From Candidatus Electronema halotolerans (GTDB taxonomy: Bacteria; Desulfobacterota; Desulfobulbia; Desulfobulbales; Desulfobulbaceae), in NCBI GenBank assembly GCA_942493095.1, contig OW818675.1, positions 1,200,001 to 1,232,000 of the forward strand: a stretch of DNA of 32,000 nt, in the 5' to 3' direction. Under the pieces are notes generated by a model. The model was not told the DNA's origin. It searched no databases and saw only the letters and a program-made list of their open reading frames with translations. Positions 1 to 8,411 of the stretch are shown here, piece after piece. The translations under genes were made by a program, and so were the position numbers. Within the stretch, counting starts at the first letter, position 1. Every line of letters begins with the position of its first letter.

Positions 1-2
1 TG

Positions 3-299
3 TCCGCAGTCTATTACGATCTGGGGGATGCTGATGCGGCGGAGCAGCTTATGCAGCGCGCACTGGCAATCAGCGAGAAGGCCTATGGAGCTGCCCACCC
101 TGTGACAGCCCAGACTCTGAGCTATCTTGCCAGCCTGTATGAAGAGCAGGGCCGCTGCGAGGCAGCGGAAATGCTCTATGAGTGCGCTCTTGTCAGCATC
201 AAGGCTGCGCTCCCCAGCGGGCATCCTGATTTGCAGCGGTTTCAGGAAAACCACGAGAGACTGAAAGCAAGGCTGGCTTGGCAAAACAGTCAGAGCTGA
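3..299 (+). CDS. Tetratricopeptide-repeat protein, 3' end only (starts before window)
   Basis: Frame open from base 3 (SAVYYDLGDADAAEQLMQRALAISEKAYGAAHPVTAQTLSYLASLYEEQGRCEAAEMLYECAL...); kinesin-light-chain-like TPR pattern. Confidence 0.8.
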   Translation, partial: SAVYYDLGDADAAEQLMQRALAISEKAYGAAHPVTAQTLSYLASLYEEQGRCEAAEMLYECALVSIKAALPSGHPDLQRFQENHERLKARLAWQNSQS

Positions 300-387
300 T
301 CGTTCTCAATGCAGCATGGGCAGGCAGCAGTCAGACCGCAGCGCAATCACTTTTTTTCTGCTGGAAACCAGCAAGGAGCGGGCAGCA

Positions 388-1182
388 ATGAAAACACATT
401 GCAGCAACAAGGGCGGCAGCAGGCCGCAGCGCAGGACAGAGGAGGAGCCGGACGAGAGTCTGCTCTGGGGCATCAATGCAGTGGCTGAGGCCCTGCGCGG
501 CAGGCCCCGCAGTCTGAGCGAGGTGCTGATTGAAAAGGGCCGGGCCGGAGGCAGGCTGGAGGAGATTATTGAGGCGGCCCGCTCTGCCGGGGTGCGGCTC
601 CGCTTTGTTGAGCCTGACCGGCTGGGCCTGCCCAAGAGTTGCAGGCACCAAGGGGTTGCGGCCCGCCAGACTGAGGCCGAGCTGCTGCCGCTGGCCGAGC
701 TGCTGGCCGCCGGGCCGGAGCGCATTCTCCTGCTCGACTCAATTCAGGACCCGCGCAACCTTGGCTCCATCCTCCGCTCGGCCTTGGCCGCAGGCTTCAG
801 CTCAGTCATTCTCACTGCCGAGCGCAGCGCGCCCTTGAGCGGCACTGTGACCCGCGCCTCTGCCGGAGCGATTGCCCATATGCGCCTTGCCCGCGTGGTC
901 AATCTGGCCGAGGCTCTGCGCCAGCTCAAGGAGCAGGGCTGGTGGATTTACGGAGCTGTGGCCGAGCCGGAAGTCCAGTCCATCTATCAGACTGATTTCA
1001 GCGGCAGGATCGGCTTGGTCATTGGCAGCGAGGGCAAGGGCATCCGCCCGTTAGTGCGCAAACTCTGCGATCATCTGGTGACTATCCCCATGCCGGGCGC
1101 GTTCAACTCGCTCAACGCCTCAGTTGCCGCCGCCCTGATCATGTTTGAGGCAGTGCGGCAGCGGGCTGACCTTGCGCCGTGA
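388..1182 (+). CDS. rlmB: TrmH/SpoU-family 23S rRNA (guanosine-2'-O)-methyltransferase (RlmB-like)
   Basis: GINAVAEAL N-terminus, DSIQDPRNLGSILRSA, VIGSEGKGIRPLV, IPMPGAFNSLNASVAAAL SPOUT motifs; ATG at 388 has AAGGAG upstream (ORF open from 316). Confidence 0.92.
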   Translation: MKTHCSNKGGSRPQRRTEEEPDESLLWGINAVAEALRGRPRSLSEVLIEKGRAGGRLEEIIEAARSAGVRLRFVEPDRLGLPKSCRHQGVAARQTEAELLPLAELLAAGPERILLLDSIQDPRNLGSILRSALAAGFSSVILTAERSAPLSGTVTRASAGAIAHMRLARVVNLAEALRQLKEQGWWIYGAVAEPEVQSIYQTDFSGRIGLVIGSEGKGIRPLVRKLCDHLVTIPMPGAFNSLNASVAAALIMFEAVRQRADLAP

Positions 1183-1307
1183 ACGCATCCAATTCCTCGC
1201 CTCGTGCCTGCCCTTTTGGGACTGGTGCTGCGGGATCACCGCTGCCTGCTGGGGCAGACGGAGCAAAGTAAGGACGGATTACCAGTGCTCCCATTCACAG
1301 GCTCTTA

Positions 1308-1353
1308 GTATGAGGAGGCTCATACGGACAGACATGGGAGGCGCATGTCTGTC
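1308..1353. promoter_or_regulatory. Two adjacent strong hairpins in intergenic DNA
   Basis: GTATGAG-GAGG-CTCATAC (1308-1325) and GACAGACATG-ggaggcg-CATGTCTGTC (1327-1353); the second is extendable by ATAC/GTAT with one bulged base. Confidence 0.5.
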
Positions 1354-1420
1354 GTATAGCCGGAGCATCATAAAGTGACGAATCATCCTGCTTCGGCTGC
1401 ATGCAAGCAGAGATGTCCTG

Positions 1421-1522
1421 CCGATCAAATGCCTGCATTCGTACCGATCAAATGCATGCATTCGTTCCTATCAAATGCCTGCATTCGTGTCGATCAAATG
1501 CCTGCATTCGTGCCTGTCAAAT
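1421..1522. repeat. Tandem repeat, 23-bp unit, about 4.4 copies
   Basis: CCGATCAAATGCCTGCATTCGTa / CCGATCAAATGCATGCATTCGTt / CCTATCAAATGCCTGCATTCGTg / TCGATCAAATGCCTGCATTCGTg / CCTGTCAAAT; each full unit has dyad AATGC-NN-GCATT. Confidence 0.95.
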
Positions 1523-1646
1523 AAATGACACGAGGAATAGTCAGGCTATCCGGCTTTGACTATATGAGCCTCCTTGCTCTTTGGTGGAGAAGGAAGGCGG
1601 GCGCACAACGCGCCCTTGGCAATGGCGCATCAACCAAGGAGCACCC

Positions 1647-1917
1647 ATGCAATACGTGAAAGAATGCCTGCAACTGCTGTACTGGATTTACTTCAAGCCC
1701 TACACCCTGAAGCAGCATGTACGGGAGATATGCCCGGAGGCAGCCCGGCGATGTGGGGGCAATCCTGCTGGCCGCCTTGACCAAAGGAGAGGCCGTGCCG
1801 CCGGAGCTGAACGCGGCTGCGGCTGTCCTCCTGCGCAAGGAAGTGCTGGTGCAGGAGAACAGCGGCTATGCCTTCAAGGTGCGGCTTATCGGGAAATGGA
1901 TTGCGGCGAGGGGCTGA
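1647..1917 (+). pseudogene. Frameshifted fragment, possibly C-terminal part of an ATPase-type protein
   Basis: Two frames join near 1740: MQYVKECLQLLYWIYFKPYTLKQHVREICPEA + RRQPGDVGAILLAALTKGEAVPPELNAAAAVLLRKEVLVQENSGYAFKVRLIGKWIAARG; the second part resembles a winged-helix tail. Confidence 0.4.
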
Positions 1918-1948
1918 CTGAGCAATGCCGACTGGAGGACTTTTGCCT

Positions 1949-3076
1949 TCACTGCTGGGGCTGCATCTCCTGCACCGCCTCTGTCGCCAAGTCGGCCACA
2001 GTTCGTTTCACTGGCTCGCCACGCTTGTATGTCACGATCTCGGTCTGATCGTTCTGCAAGCCCATGATCTGGAACATCACCTCTTTCGCTTTGACCCGGC
2101 CCAGCAGCCGGGCGGTCAGTCCGCGCACGGTTGGATTCTCGTGACCAAGCAGAGGAAAGAGCGAGTAAAACGGGATGCTGCGGACAAGATCAGGCCGGAC
2201 AGCGGCAATCTCGGTCAGCCCGTGCAAGGCAGCCTCGCGGGTGCCCTCATCACCGATGAAATTGAGCAGATGGCGGGTGAAGGCCCCGAAAATGTCGGTG
2301 CGGGCGGCAATAATCGCGCCAATGGCCTCAACCATGCCCCAAGGCATGGAGGCAGAATCTGAGCAGGCTTCAAAGAGGCGATGGAGCATGTCCGCTATCG
2401 GGCCGGGTTCGCGGGTGGCCAGCCGAGCACCAATCTGCCCGATCAGCCAGGCGATCTTATAGCGTTGTTCCGGCGCAGGCTCATAGAGCAGCTTCTGGAG
2501 AAAACGGAGGGTGCGCCTGTCGTCAAAGGTCAAATCAACCAGCGCATCGACATCACCGGCCTCAACAAGCTGCTTGACCAAGGGCCTGCTGGCCTTTTGC
2601 CGGACGCGCTTGGGATCGCGGGCAGGCTCCACCGGCGGCGGAGCAGCCTCTGCCCCTGTCACAGCTTGCGCCTCTGCCTCTTTTTTCTTGGCAAACCGGG
2701 CTGCCACTTCAGCAATGTCCTTGTGCAGACGGACAAAGTAGAGAATGCCGCGCACGGCCCTGCCGTCCAGATTCCGCTTGGGACAGACCTTATGGGTGAC
2801 ATCGTCGTAATCCTCAACAATGCCAGTCAAGTAATCATCTTCCGGGATCAGCTCCCAGGCCAAGTCCCATTCGTCGCCGCAGGCAAAAACAAGGCACTCA
2901 ACCATCGCCGCGCCAATGTTGTGGCCAGTGGCATCGCTGACATAGACGGCCCCGCACTCGCAGCGGCCCGCAGGAAATTCCTTCATGGTCCGCTGCACAG
3001 TCTCGGAAGGCCGCCCCACTTCCATGCCGCAAAAGGGACACCAAGGCCGCCGGTTCTCCTGTTTTCCCGCCGCCAT
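1949..3076 (-). CDS. DVU0298-like HEAT-repeat protein with N-terminal zinc-ribbon-like cysteines
   Basis: CPFCGMEVGRP...GRCECGAVYVSDATGHNIGAAMVECLVFACGDEWDLAWEL N-terminus; helical repeat C-terminus. Confidence 0.75.
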   Translation of the reverse strand: MAAGKQENRRPWCPFCGMEVGRPSETVQRTMKEFPAGRCECGAVYVSDATGHNIGAAMVECLVFACGDEWDLAWELIPEDDYLTGIVEDYDDVTHKVCPKRNLDGRAVRGILYFVRLHKDIAEVAARFAKKKEAEAQAVTGAEAAPPPVEPARDPKRVRQKASRPLVKQLVEAGDVDALVDLTFDDRRTLRFLQKLLYEPAPEQRYKIAWLIGQIGARLATREPGPIADMLHRLFEACSDSASMPWGMVEAIGAIIAARTDIFGAFTRHLLNFIGDEGTREAALHGLTEIAAVRPDLVRSIPFYSLFPLLGHENPTVRGLTARLLGRVKAKEVMFQIMGLQNDQTEIVTYKRGEPVKRTVADLATEAVQEMQPQQ

Positions 3077-3078
3077 TG

Positions 3079-3717
3079 TTACTGCTCCAGCTTGGCGTTC
3101 AATCCCTGGACAAAGCGCGGATCAATCGAATAGCCCAGCTCCTTGGCCCGTTCTATCTGCCGCTGTGACTCCTTGTAGTCACCGTTGAAATACAGGGCCA
3201 CGGCCAGATTGTTGCGGGCCATGCCGCTGTCCGGCTCCAGTTCAATCGCCTTGCGGGCCGACTCGACCGCCCGGTCATCCTGCTCCAGCATGGTGCAGGC
3301 CGAGGTCAGGTTGAGCCAAGCTGTGAGCAGATACGGATCAATCTGAATCGCCTTTTCATAGCACTCCAAGGCGGCCAAGGCATCGCCCTGCTGCTGGCGG
3401 ATCAGGCCGATATTGACATGAGCCTCCGCCATCTTTGGCGTGACCGCCAAGGCCTTTTCGTTCAACTCCAAGGCCCGCTCCACCTCGCCTTGGTCAAAAT
3501 AAATTGCGCCAAGATTGATGTAGCTCTCCACCGAGTGGTCATCCAGCTTGATGGCCTGCTCCAGCTCGCGGATGGCCTCGTCCGTGCGTCCTGCTTGGCG
3601 GTAGAGCAGGCCAAGGGTGTGGTGGGCAATGATATTATTGGGATGCTCCTTGCAGATTTTCTCCTGCTCGGCAATCACTGCTGTCAGCGGAATTTCGCTT
3701 TGTTTTGCGTGAGACAT
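3079..3717 (-). CDS. Tetratricopeptide-repeat protein
   Basis: Repeated TPR units (IIAHHTLGLLYRQAGRTDEAIRELEQAIKLD..., ESYINLGAIYFDQGEVERALELNEKAL...); ATG at 3717 preceded by GGAAG; longer ORF starts at 3858. Confidence 0.85.
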   Translation of the reverse strand: MSHAKQSEIPLTAVIAEQEKICKEHPNNIIAHHTLGLLYRQAGRTDEAIRELEQAIKLDDHSVESYINLGAIYFDQGEVERALELNEKALAVTPKMAEAHVNIGLIRQQQGDALAALECYEKAIQIDPYLLTAWLNLTSACTMLEQDDRAVESARKAIELEPDSGMARNNLAVALYFNGDYKESQRQIERAKELGYSIDPRFVQGLNAKLEQ

Positions 3718-3899
3718 CGGGTCTTCTTCCTTGCGGCAAAAATGAACGCCGCCTTGCGCGGCGGGATGGTTTCCGGGAACTATAGTCACAAACGGAAATG
3801 AGGCAAGGAATAATAGCAGAGACTGCGTTTTTCCGCAAGAGAAAGGGCGCAAGATCAATCCCTTGAATTGGCGGAATTATGCTGCTGCCGAACGGCATG

Positions 3900-3932
3900 A
3901 AAAAAGCCCGGCGGATGACTCCGACGGGCTTT
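3900..3932 (-). terminator. Rho-independent terminator, likely of tRNA-Asn
   Basis: On the minus strand AAAGCCCG-t-CGGA-gtca-TCCG-c-CGGGCTTTTTTC: 8-bp plus 4-bp stems then T-tract, about 35 nt after the tRNA 3' end. Confidence 0.85.
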
Positions 3933-3965
3933 CTATAACAAAACGCTTGGAAGCGGTGATGAACT

Positions 3966-4041
<76 letters not shown>

Positions 4042-4076
4042 ACAGCCTGCTGCCCTGCGGCAGCATTGACAGCCCA

Positions 4077-4105
4077 TATTTAGCATGCCCGCGAAAAAGA
4101 GTCAA
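4077..4105 (-). promoter_or_regulatory. Sigma-70-type promoter for tRNA-Asn
   Basis: TTGACT - 17 nt - TAAATA on the minus strand, about 35 nt upstream of the tRNA 5' end. Confidence 0.6.
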
Positions 4106-4123
4106 GCAAAAAAATAAAACATC

Positions 4124-4152
4124 TTGCGCGGACCGAAAAAAAACGATACAAT
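4124..4152 (+). promoter_or_regulatory. Sigma-70-type promoter for tRNA-Pro
   Basis: TTGCGC - 17 nt - TACAAT, about 20 nt upstream of the tRNA 5' end. Confidence 0.6.
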
Positions 4153-4172
4153 GCTGCACCCGCCGTATTTGT

Positions 4173-4250
4173 CGGGGCGTAGCGCAGCCTGGTTAGCGCG
4201 CCTGCCTTGGGAGCAGGAGGTCGCAGGTTCGAATCCTGCCGCCCCGACCA
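4173..4250 (+). tRNA. tRNA-Pro (anticodon TGG), CCA encoded
   Basis: Cloverleaf: CGGGGCG/CGCCCCG acceptor, CCTGC-CTTGGGA-GCAGG anticodon arm with G37, GGTTCGAATCC T-arm, A + CCA. Confidence 0.93.
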
Positions 4251-4403
4251 TCTTCATCATTTCCTTTTGATCGGCCAGCACTGCTGCAACGTCACTTTGA
4301 CGGGAAGCTGGGACTGCCGCTTTCTCTCGCATTCCTGCACCCCGAAAAGCTGAACTCATCAGCCAAAGGTCTTCTTTCTGGTATATTGTCATCCGGGGCC
4401 TGC

Positions 4404-4425
4404 CGGGCACGGCGCGCCGTGCCCG
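4404..4425. terminator. 22-bp perfect palindrome, possible transcription-end hairpin of the minus-strand gene ending at 4474
   Basis: CGGGCACGGCGCGCCGTGCCCG, exactly self-complementary; weak T-tract, so the terminator role is uncertain. Confidence 0.35.
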
Positions 4426-4473
4426 CACTCCGCCATCACAGCCCGGCCACTTTGCCGATCAGCTCGCCCACAA

Positions 4474-5127
4474 TTACTCCAGCTCCTTGCCGCAGTGCTT
4501 GCAGAGTTGGGCGCGAGCCTTGATCAGCTCCATGCAGTATGGGCATTCGCGCATGAAATGGCTGGCCAATATTTGTTTGATGGACATGTTGACCGCGTGC
4601 TCCAAACTGGGATCACTGAACTTGTGATTGCGCAGCGGCTCAATGCAGGCCAGATCGTCAAGCTGGGCCAAGAGCGCGGCAGCCTGCCGCCTGACCTCGA
4701 TGGCGGCGGCATTGTCGGTCAGCAGATGGAGTGCCGGAGCAAGGTCCTTGCGGGCCACGCAGTCGCAAAGCCCGGCAGCAGCCTCCTTCTCGCCCTGGTA
4801 ACGGCTGTTCTGCCGCTGCAGGGCCTCAACATCAACGATGCTGCCGGTGAATGCCTGTTTGCTGGCCACCATCATATTGTAGTTTTCTTTGCTGCCCGGC
4901 AGCTCCATGTGGCGATAGGAACCCACCCGGCCATACTGCTGCTCAATAAAATTCCAGCCCTTGACAAAGAGCGGGCAGTCGTCATTCAGACAGATGAAAA
5001 GAAATTCAGATCCCCAGCCCAGCCCGTCGCCGACATGCATGGGCGGCGCATGACAAAGGGTCAGCTTGGTGCCGCAGTGGGGGCAGAGATGTTCTTCGTT
5101 CAAATAGGCAAGCACTCGTTCCAGCAT
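4474..5127 (-). CDS. Conserved hypothetical with N- and C-terminal zinc-ribbon motifs
   Basis: CPHCGTKLTLC near N-terminus, CPYCMELIKARAQLCKHCGKELE at C-terminus, HEAT-like middle. Confidence 0.7.
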   Translation of the reverse strand: MLERVLAYLNEEHLCPHCGTKLTLCHAPPMHVGDGLGWGSEFLFICLNDDCPLFVKGWNFIEQQYGRVGSYRHMELPGSKENYNMMVASKQAFTGSIVDVEALQRQNSRYQGEKEAAAGLCDCVARKDLAPALHLLTDNAAAIEVRRQAAALLAQLDDLACIEPLRNHKFSDPSLEHAVNMSIKQILASHFMRECPYCMELIKARAQLCKHCGKELE

Positions 5128-5186
5128 GGCGCAGCAGCTCCTGTATTGTTATCGTAATCGTAAAAAATCAGTATGGTTGTGATGAT

Positions 5187-6902
5187 TCAGAGCATGGCTC
5201 CCAGCACCTGATCAACAGCCTTGGCCTGCTCCATCCGGCTGCGCAGAAACGGCTCTGTCAGATGTCTGCGGTTGTCCTCAATCAGGCCGCACAGCTCCTG
5301 AATCATGGTTTCTTGGGCTAAAGCAGTCACCCGCTCCAGATTGCGGACAAAATCCCGGACTATCTTGCCGCTGGCCCCGCGCATGGAGAGAATTTCCGCA
5401 TAGGTGCGCGGGTTCTGGGAATGCGCTCTGGCCATCGCCAGAATGGGATATAAAGATGTCAGGGTGCAGTGTCCGGCGATTTCCTCAGCCGTGATTGCAT
5501 TCTCTGCCAAGGTCATGGCCAAGGCTACAGACACGGCAGTGGGCAGCTTCTGGCCCACGCCCATGAGCAGGTCGTGCCGGGCAGGGGCATCCTGCTGGAT
5601 GCTGGCTCCGTGTTTATAAAGAAATGCCTCAAATTCGCTGCAAAATCTGCCGCTGCGACGGCTGCGCACCACGACCGCGTTCTTGTCCTTCATTGCAGCG
5701 GCCTGCGGCCCCCAGAGGTTATGCACAAGCATCACCTCCACGCCGTCGCTGGTCGATTCCAAGGCGGCCTGCAAGGTGCTTTCCGCCTCGCCTGCCAAAA
5801 GAATCAACGCCCTGCCTTCCGGGATCAGCGGGCCGTACTGGCGCACGGTCTCCGCCGTGACAGAGATTGGCACGCAGATCAGAATCACGTCAGCTTGAGG
5901 AATCATCTCCTCTGGCCGCAGTTCGGTGCTGCGGCCTGTCATGAAGACTTGATATCCCTCATTCTCCAGCCGCTCGGCAAACCAAGTGCTCATCTCGCCG
6001 GTGCCGATAAAACCGACTGAGCGGATGTGCTTGGGCCGCATATCCACCCGTGGAAAGCAGCCGAGCAGACGCAACGCGCCCTGCCGTCCGACAATTCGCT
6101 CCTCAATCCGGGCGACTGCCGCAGCCACGGCCTCATCTTCAATATGCCCTTCCACTTCCACATAAATGCGCAGCTTCTGGGTGCGGGGATCATTCTCCGA
6201 ATTCATGTCGAGAATGTTGATCCCGCGCTTGGAGAACTCGTTGAGCATATCCACCAAGAGGCCGACCCGGTCGTCAAGCGGCTCAGTCATCAGCACCGTG
6301 GCATCATAGCCGGTGGAGCGGGGCAATTCCCGGCCCAGCACTGCGTAACGGGTGCGGCTGTGGGGCGAGATTTCCCGCTCGGCAATGTACAAACCGTGCG
6401 CAGCCAGCATCTCGCCAGTGTCAATCACGCCGTGCAGGCAGGCATCCTCCTGGGTTCGTATCTGCGCCAAAGCAGCGGGCAGATCATGCACATTCGTCAG
6501 GGCGGCGGCAGGAAGGACTTGGCTGATGTATTCCTCGCATTGGCGGAACACGCCCCGGCGGCCTGTCAGGGCGGTCAGCTCCTCCGGCTTGACTTCCGGG
6601 GCAAACACGCCCAGCGAGAGACTGACCGGCAGAACCATATTGCTGATCCACCAGCCTTCCCGAATGCGGCTGAACAGACCGAAGCGGCGAGCACCGCTGC
6701 CTTCGCGGGTGTTATAGACCGGCAGCACAGCTTGGTCAATTTTGCCGGAGGCAAAGGCGGCCAGCAGGCTGTCACTGTCGGCACAGGCTTGCAGCTCCGC
6801 ATCCGGGGCCGCATCCAAGGCATGGAGCACCGCCGCCCGCCAGGCATGAGAATGCTGCGGGCCAAGAGTGCCAATGATAAATGACTGCTGCGTTTCAGAC
6901 AT
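5187..6902 (-). CDS. Fusion: prephenate dehydratase-like domain + ACT domain + prephenate dehydrogenase domain
   Basis: N-terminus FIIGTLGPQHSHAW...VLPVYNTREG...SRTRYAVLG; ACT GLLVDMLNEFSKRGINILDMNSENDP; C-terminus VGFIGTGEMSTWFAERLENEGYQVFMTGRS...VLICVPI...LVHNLWGP. Confidence 0.75.
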   Translation of the reverse strand: MSETQQSFIIGTLGPQHSHAWRAAVLHALDAAPDAELQACADSDSLLAAFASGKIDQAVLPVYNTREGSGARRFGLFSRIREGWWISNMVLPVSLSLGVFAPEVKPEELTALTGRRGVFRQCEEYISQVLPAAALTNVHDLPAALAQIRTQEDACLHGVIDTGEMLAAHGLYIAEREISPHSRTRYAVLGRELPRSTGYDATVLMTEPLDDRVGLLVDMLNEFSKRGINILDMNSENDPRTQKLRIYVEVEGHIEDEAVAAAVARIEERIVGRQGALRLLGCFPRVDMRPKHIRSVGFIGTGEMSTWFAERLENEGYQVFMTGRSTELRPEEMIPQADVILICVPISVTAETVRQYGPLIPEGRALILLAGEAESTLQAALESTSDGVEVMLVHNLWGPQAAAMKDKNAVVVRSRRSGRFCSEFEAFLYKHGASIQQDAPARHDLLMGVGQKLPTAVSVALAMTLAENAITAEEIAGHCTLTSLYPILAMARAHSQNPRTYAEILSMRGASGKIVRDFVRNLERVTALAQETMIQELCGLIEDNRRHLTEPFLRSRMEQAKAVDQVLGAML

Positions 6903-7002
6903 GGCGCGAAATCAGGCGGCAGATCAGCGGACAAGCCCGCTGTCGGTTGAAAGTTTCTGTCATTATACCCCTTGACCTTTCTTTCACAAGGCAAAATTTT
7001 CC

Positions 7003-7056
7003 TGCGGCCTGCTGCTGGCTGAGATGCTTTGCCGTCTGAATGCCTGTACAACCTGA
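7003..7056 (+). pseudogene. Remnant copy of the 3' end of a VanZ-like gene
   Basis: TGCGGCCTGCTGctgGCTGAGATGCTttGCCGtCTGAAT (CGLLLAEMLCRLN) closely matches 7499-7538 (CGLLVAEMLRRLN) in the intact downstream gene. Confidence 0.6.
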
Positions 7057-7195
7057 ACTGGAATATCCGCCAGCCTGCCGTGACAGCCGGTGCTGAACTC
7101 CATTGGAGAACCTTCAATGTTGTCTTGATTCTCTTCGAGCTGTCTGCTACAGTTGTCCACTGTCGCGGTCAGCCATTCTTCTGTGGAGAACAGTG

Positions 7196-7552
7196 ATGCG
7201 CCTGTTGAACCTGATTAAAACCTACTGGATAAGCTGCACAGTCATTACGCTGGCAGCTATCACATTCCTCTCGCTCCGTCCAGACCTGTCTCTGCCTGAT
7301 GTGCCGGGCAAAGACAAAACCCTGCACATAGTCGCCTATGCCGCGCTCATGTTTCCAGCCGGCCTGCGCCGTCCGAGGCAGCTTCCGGCGATCTTTCTTT
7401 TTTTCATCCTCTACGGCGGCATGATTGAGTTGATTCAGCCCTATGTGAATCGCTCCTGCGAAGTGCTGGACTTGGCCGCCGACACCCTCGGCCTTGCCTG
7501 CGGCCTGCTGGTAGCTGAGATGCTCCGCCGCCTGAATAGCAGCGGAGCCTGA
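7196..7552 (+). CDS. VanZ-like family membrane protein
   Basis: LPDVPGKDKTLHIVAYAALMF...FLFFILYGGMIELIQPYVNRSCEVLDLAADTLGLACGLLVAE is a VanZ-type pattern. Confidence 0.8.
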   Translation: MRLLNLIKTYWISCTVITLAAITFLSLRPDLSLPDVPGKDKTLHIVAYAALMFPAGLRRPRQLPAIFLFFILYGGMIELIQPYVNRSCEVLDLAADTLGLACGLLVAEMLRRLNSSGA

Positions 7553-7644
7553 ACGCTCTTCCAACCGTGATGACTGCTGAACAGCACGCGGCACCGCGTT
7601 TCTATCTTCTTCTGCGGCTTAACGAGCTATTCGATTTATGCAGA

Positions 7645-8298
7645 TCAGGGCTTTGTCTTGAACGTGTATACTGCTGTGCTGCATAGGGTTTCACCAATTG
7701 TTGGTGTTGTCATACCGCTTTTAGGACACTCTTTCTGCACGACCGCTTTCAGCAAACAACTTGCGTGAGGTGCATCTTTTGTGCCGCAGGAAGCGTAAGA
7801 TGTGCTCCACGTTCCATTTTGGCCAAGATTTTCTTGGGTGATAGGATTGCCAGAACGCCACCAGAGCTGACTGTCAGGGGAAACTTTCTGATAAATGCAA
7901 ATAGAATTTTCCCCCAGATCAGTAACCTTGCCTTCCACGGTAAAGGTGAAGGATTCTTCTTCTGACTTTTCGTTGTTGCAAGAAACAACACTGTTGTTTT
8001 GTGGGGAAGTTATTTCGATTGTACATGGTTCAATTCTATTAGTGCTATCGCCAGGATCGGTGATAGCAACTGGTGGCTCTGGAGTTTTTGGTGATGTAGA
8101 TATCATTACCCAAACAAAACCTGACATGCCGACAAATAAAAAAAAGAATACTGCTAATTTCACCCAAACTGGCTCTCGTCTGAAAAAATAAAGAGCTATA
8201 ATGCAAAGAGAAATCCATAGTAAACAAAAAAATCCAAGAGGACTTTTTGATGCCTCTTTAATTATTATTGCTATATTCTCAATAGTTTTTGAGTCCAT
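7645..8298 (-). CDS. Hypothetical membrane-anchored protein with C-terminal extracytoplasmic domain
   Basis: MDSKTIENIAIII... followed by two hydrophobic segments (PLGFFCLLWISLCIIALYFF, LAVFFFLFVGMSGFVWVMI) and a Cys-containing beta-rich C-terminus. Confidence 0.55.
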   Translation of the reverse strand: MDSKTIENIAIIIKEASKSPLGFFCLLWISLCIIALYFFRREPVWVKLAVFFFLFVGMSGFVWVMISTSPKTPEPPVAITDPGDSTNRIEPCTIEITSPQNNSVVSCNNEKSEEESFTFTVEGKVTDLGENSICIYQKVSPDSQLWWRSGNPITQENLGQNGTWSTSYASCGTKDAPHASCLLKAVVQKECPKSGMTTPTIGETLCSTAVYTFKTKP

Positions 8299-8411
8299 CT
8301 TTTTGAACGCCTCGTGTTGGAGTTTATTACTTGCCAAGTTGCAGGGACAGAGCAATAGATTGCTCTAATCCCCGCCTCATGAGAGGGAGAATATCGGTGC
8401 TCCCTCCTTCC

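Noticed and set aside
1421-1522. CRISPR-like array
   Set aside because: Units are contiguous 23-bp tandem copies with no unique spacers and no cas genes in the window.
2381-3133. Plus-strand 250-aa ORF
   Set aside because: It is antisense to the DVU0298-like gene.
4102-4428. Minus-strand 108-aa ORF
   Set aside because: It runs antisense through tRNA-Pro (VGAAGFEPATSCSQGRR is the tRNA complement), a classic artefact.
6027-6884. Plus-strand 285-aa ORF
   Set aside because: It is antisense to the prephenate fusion gene with no recognisable motifs.
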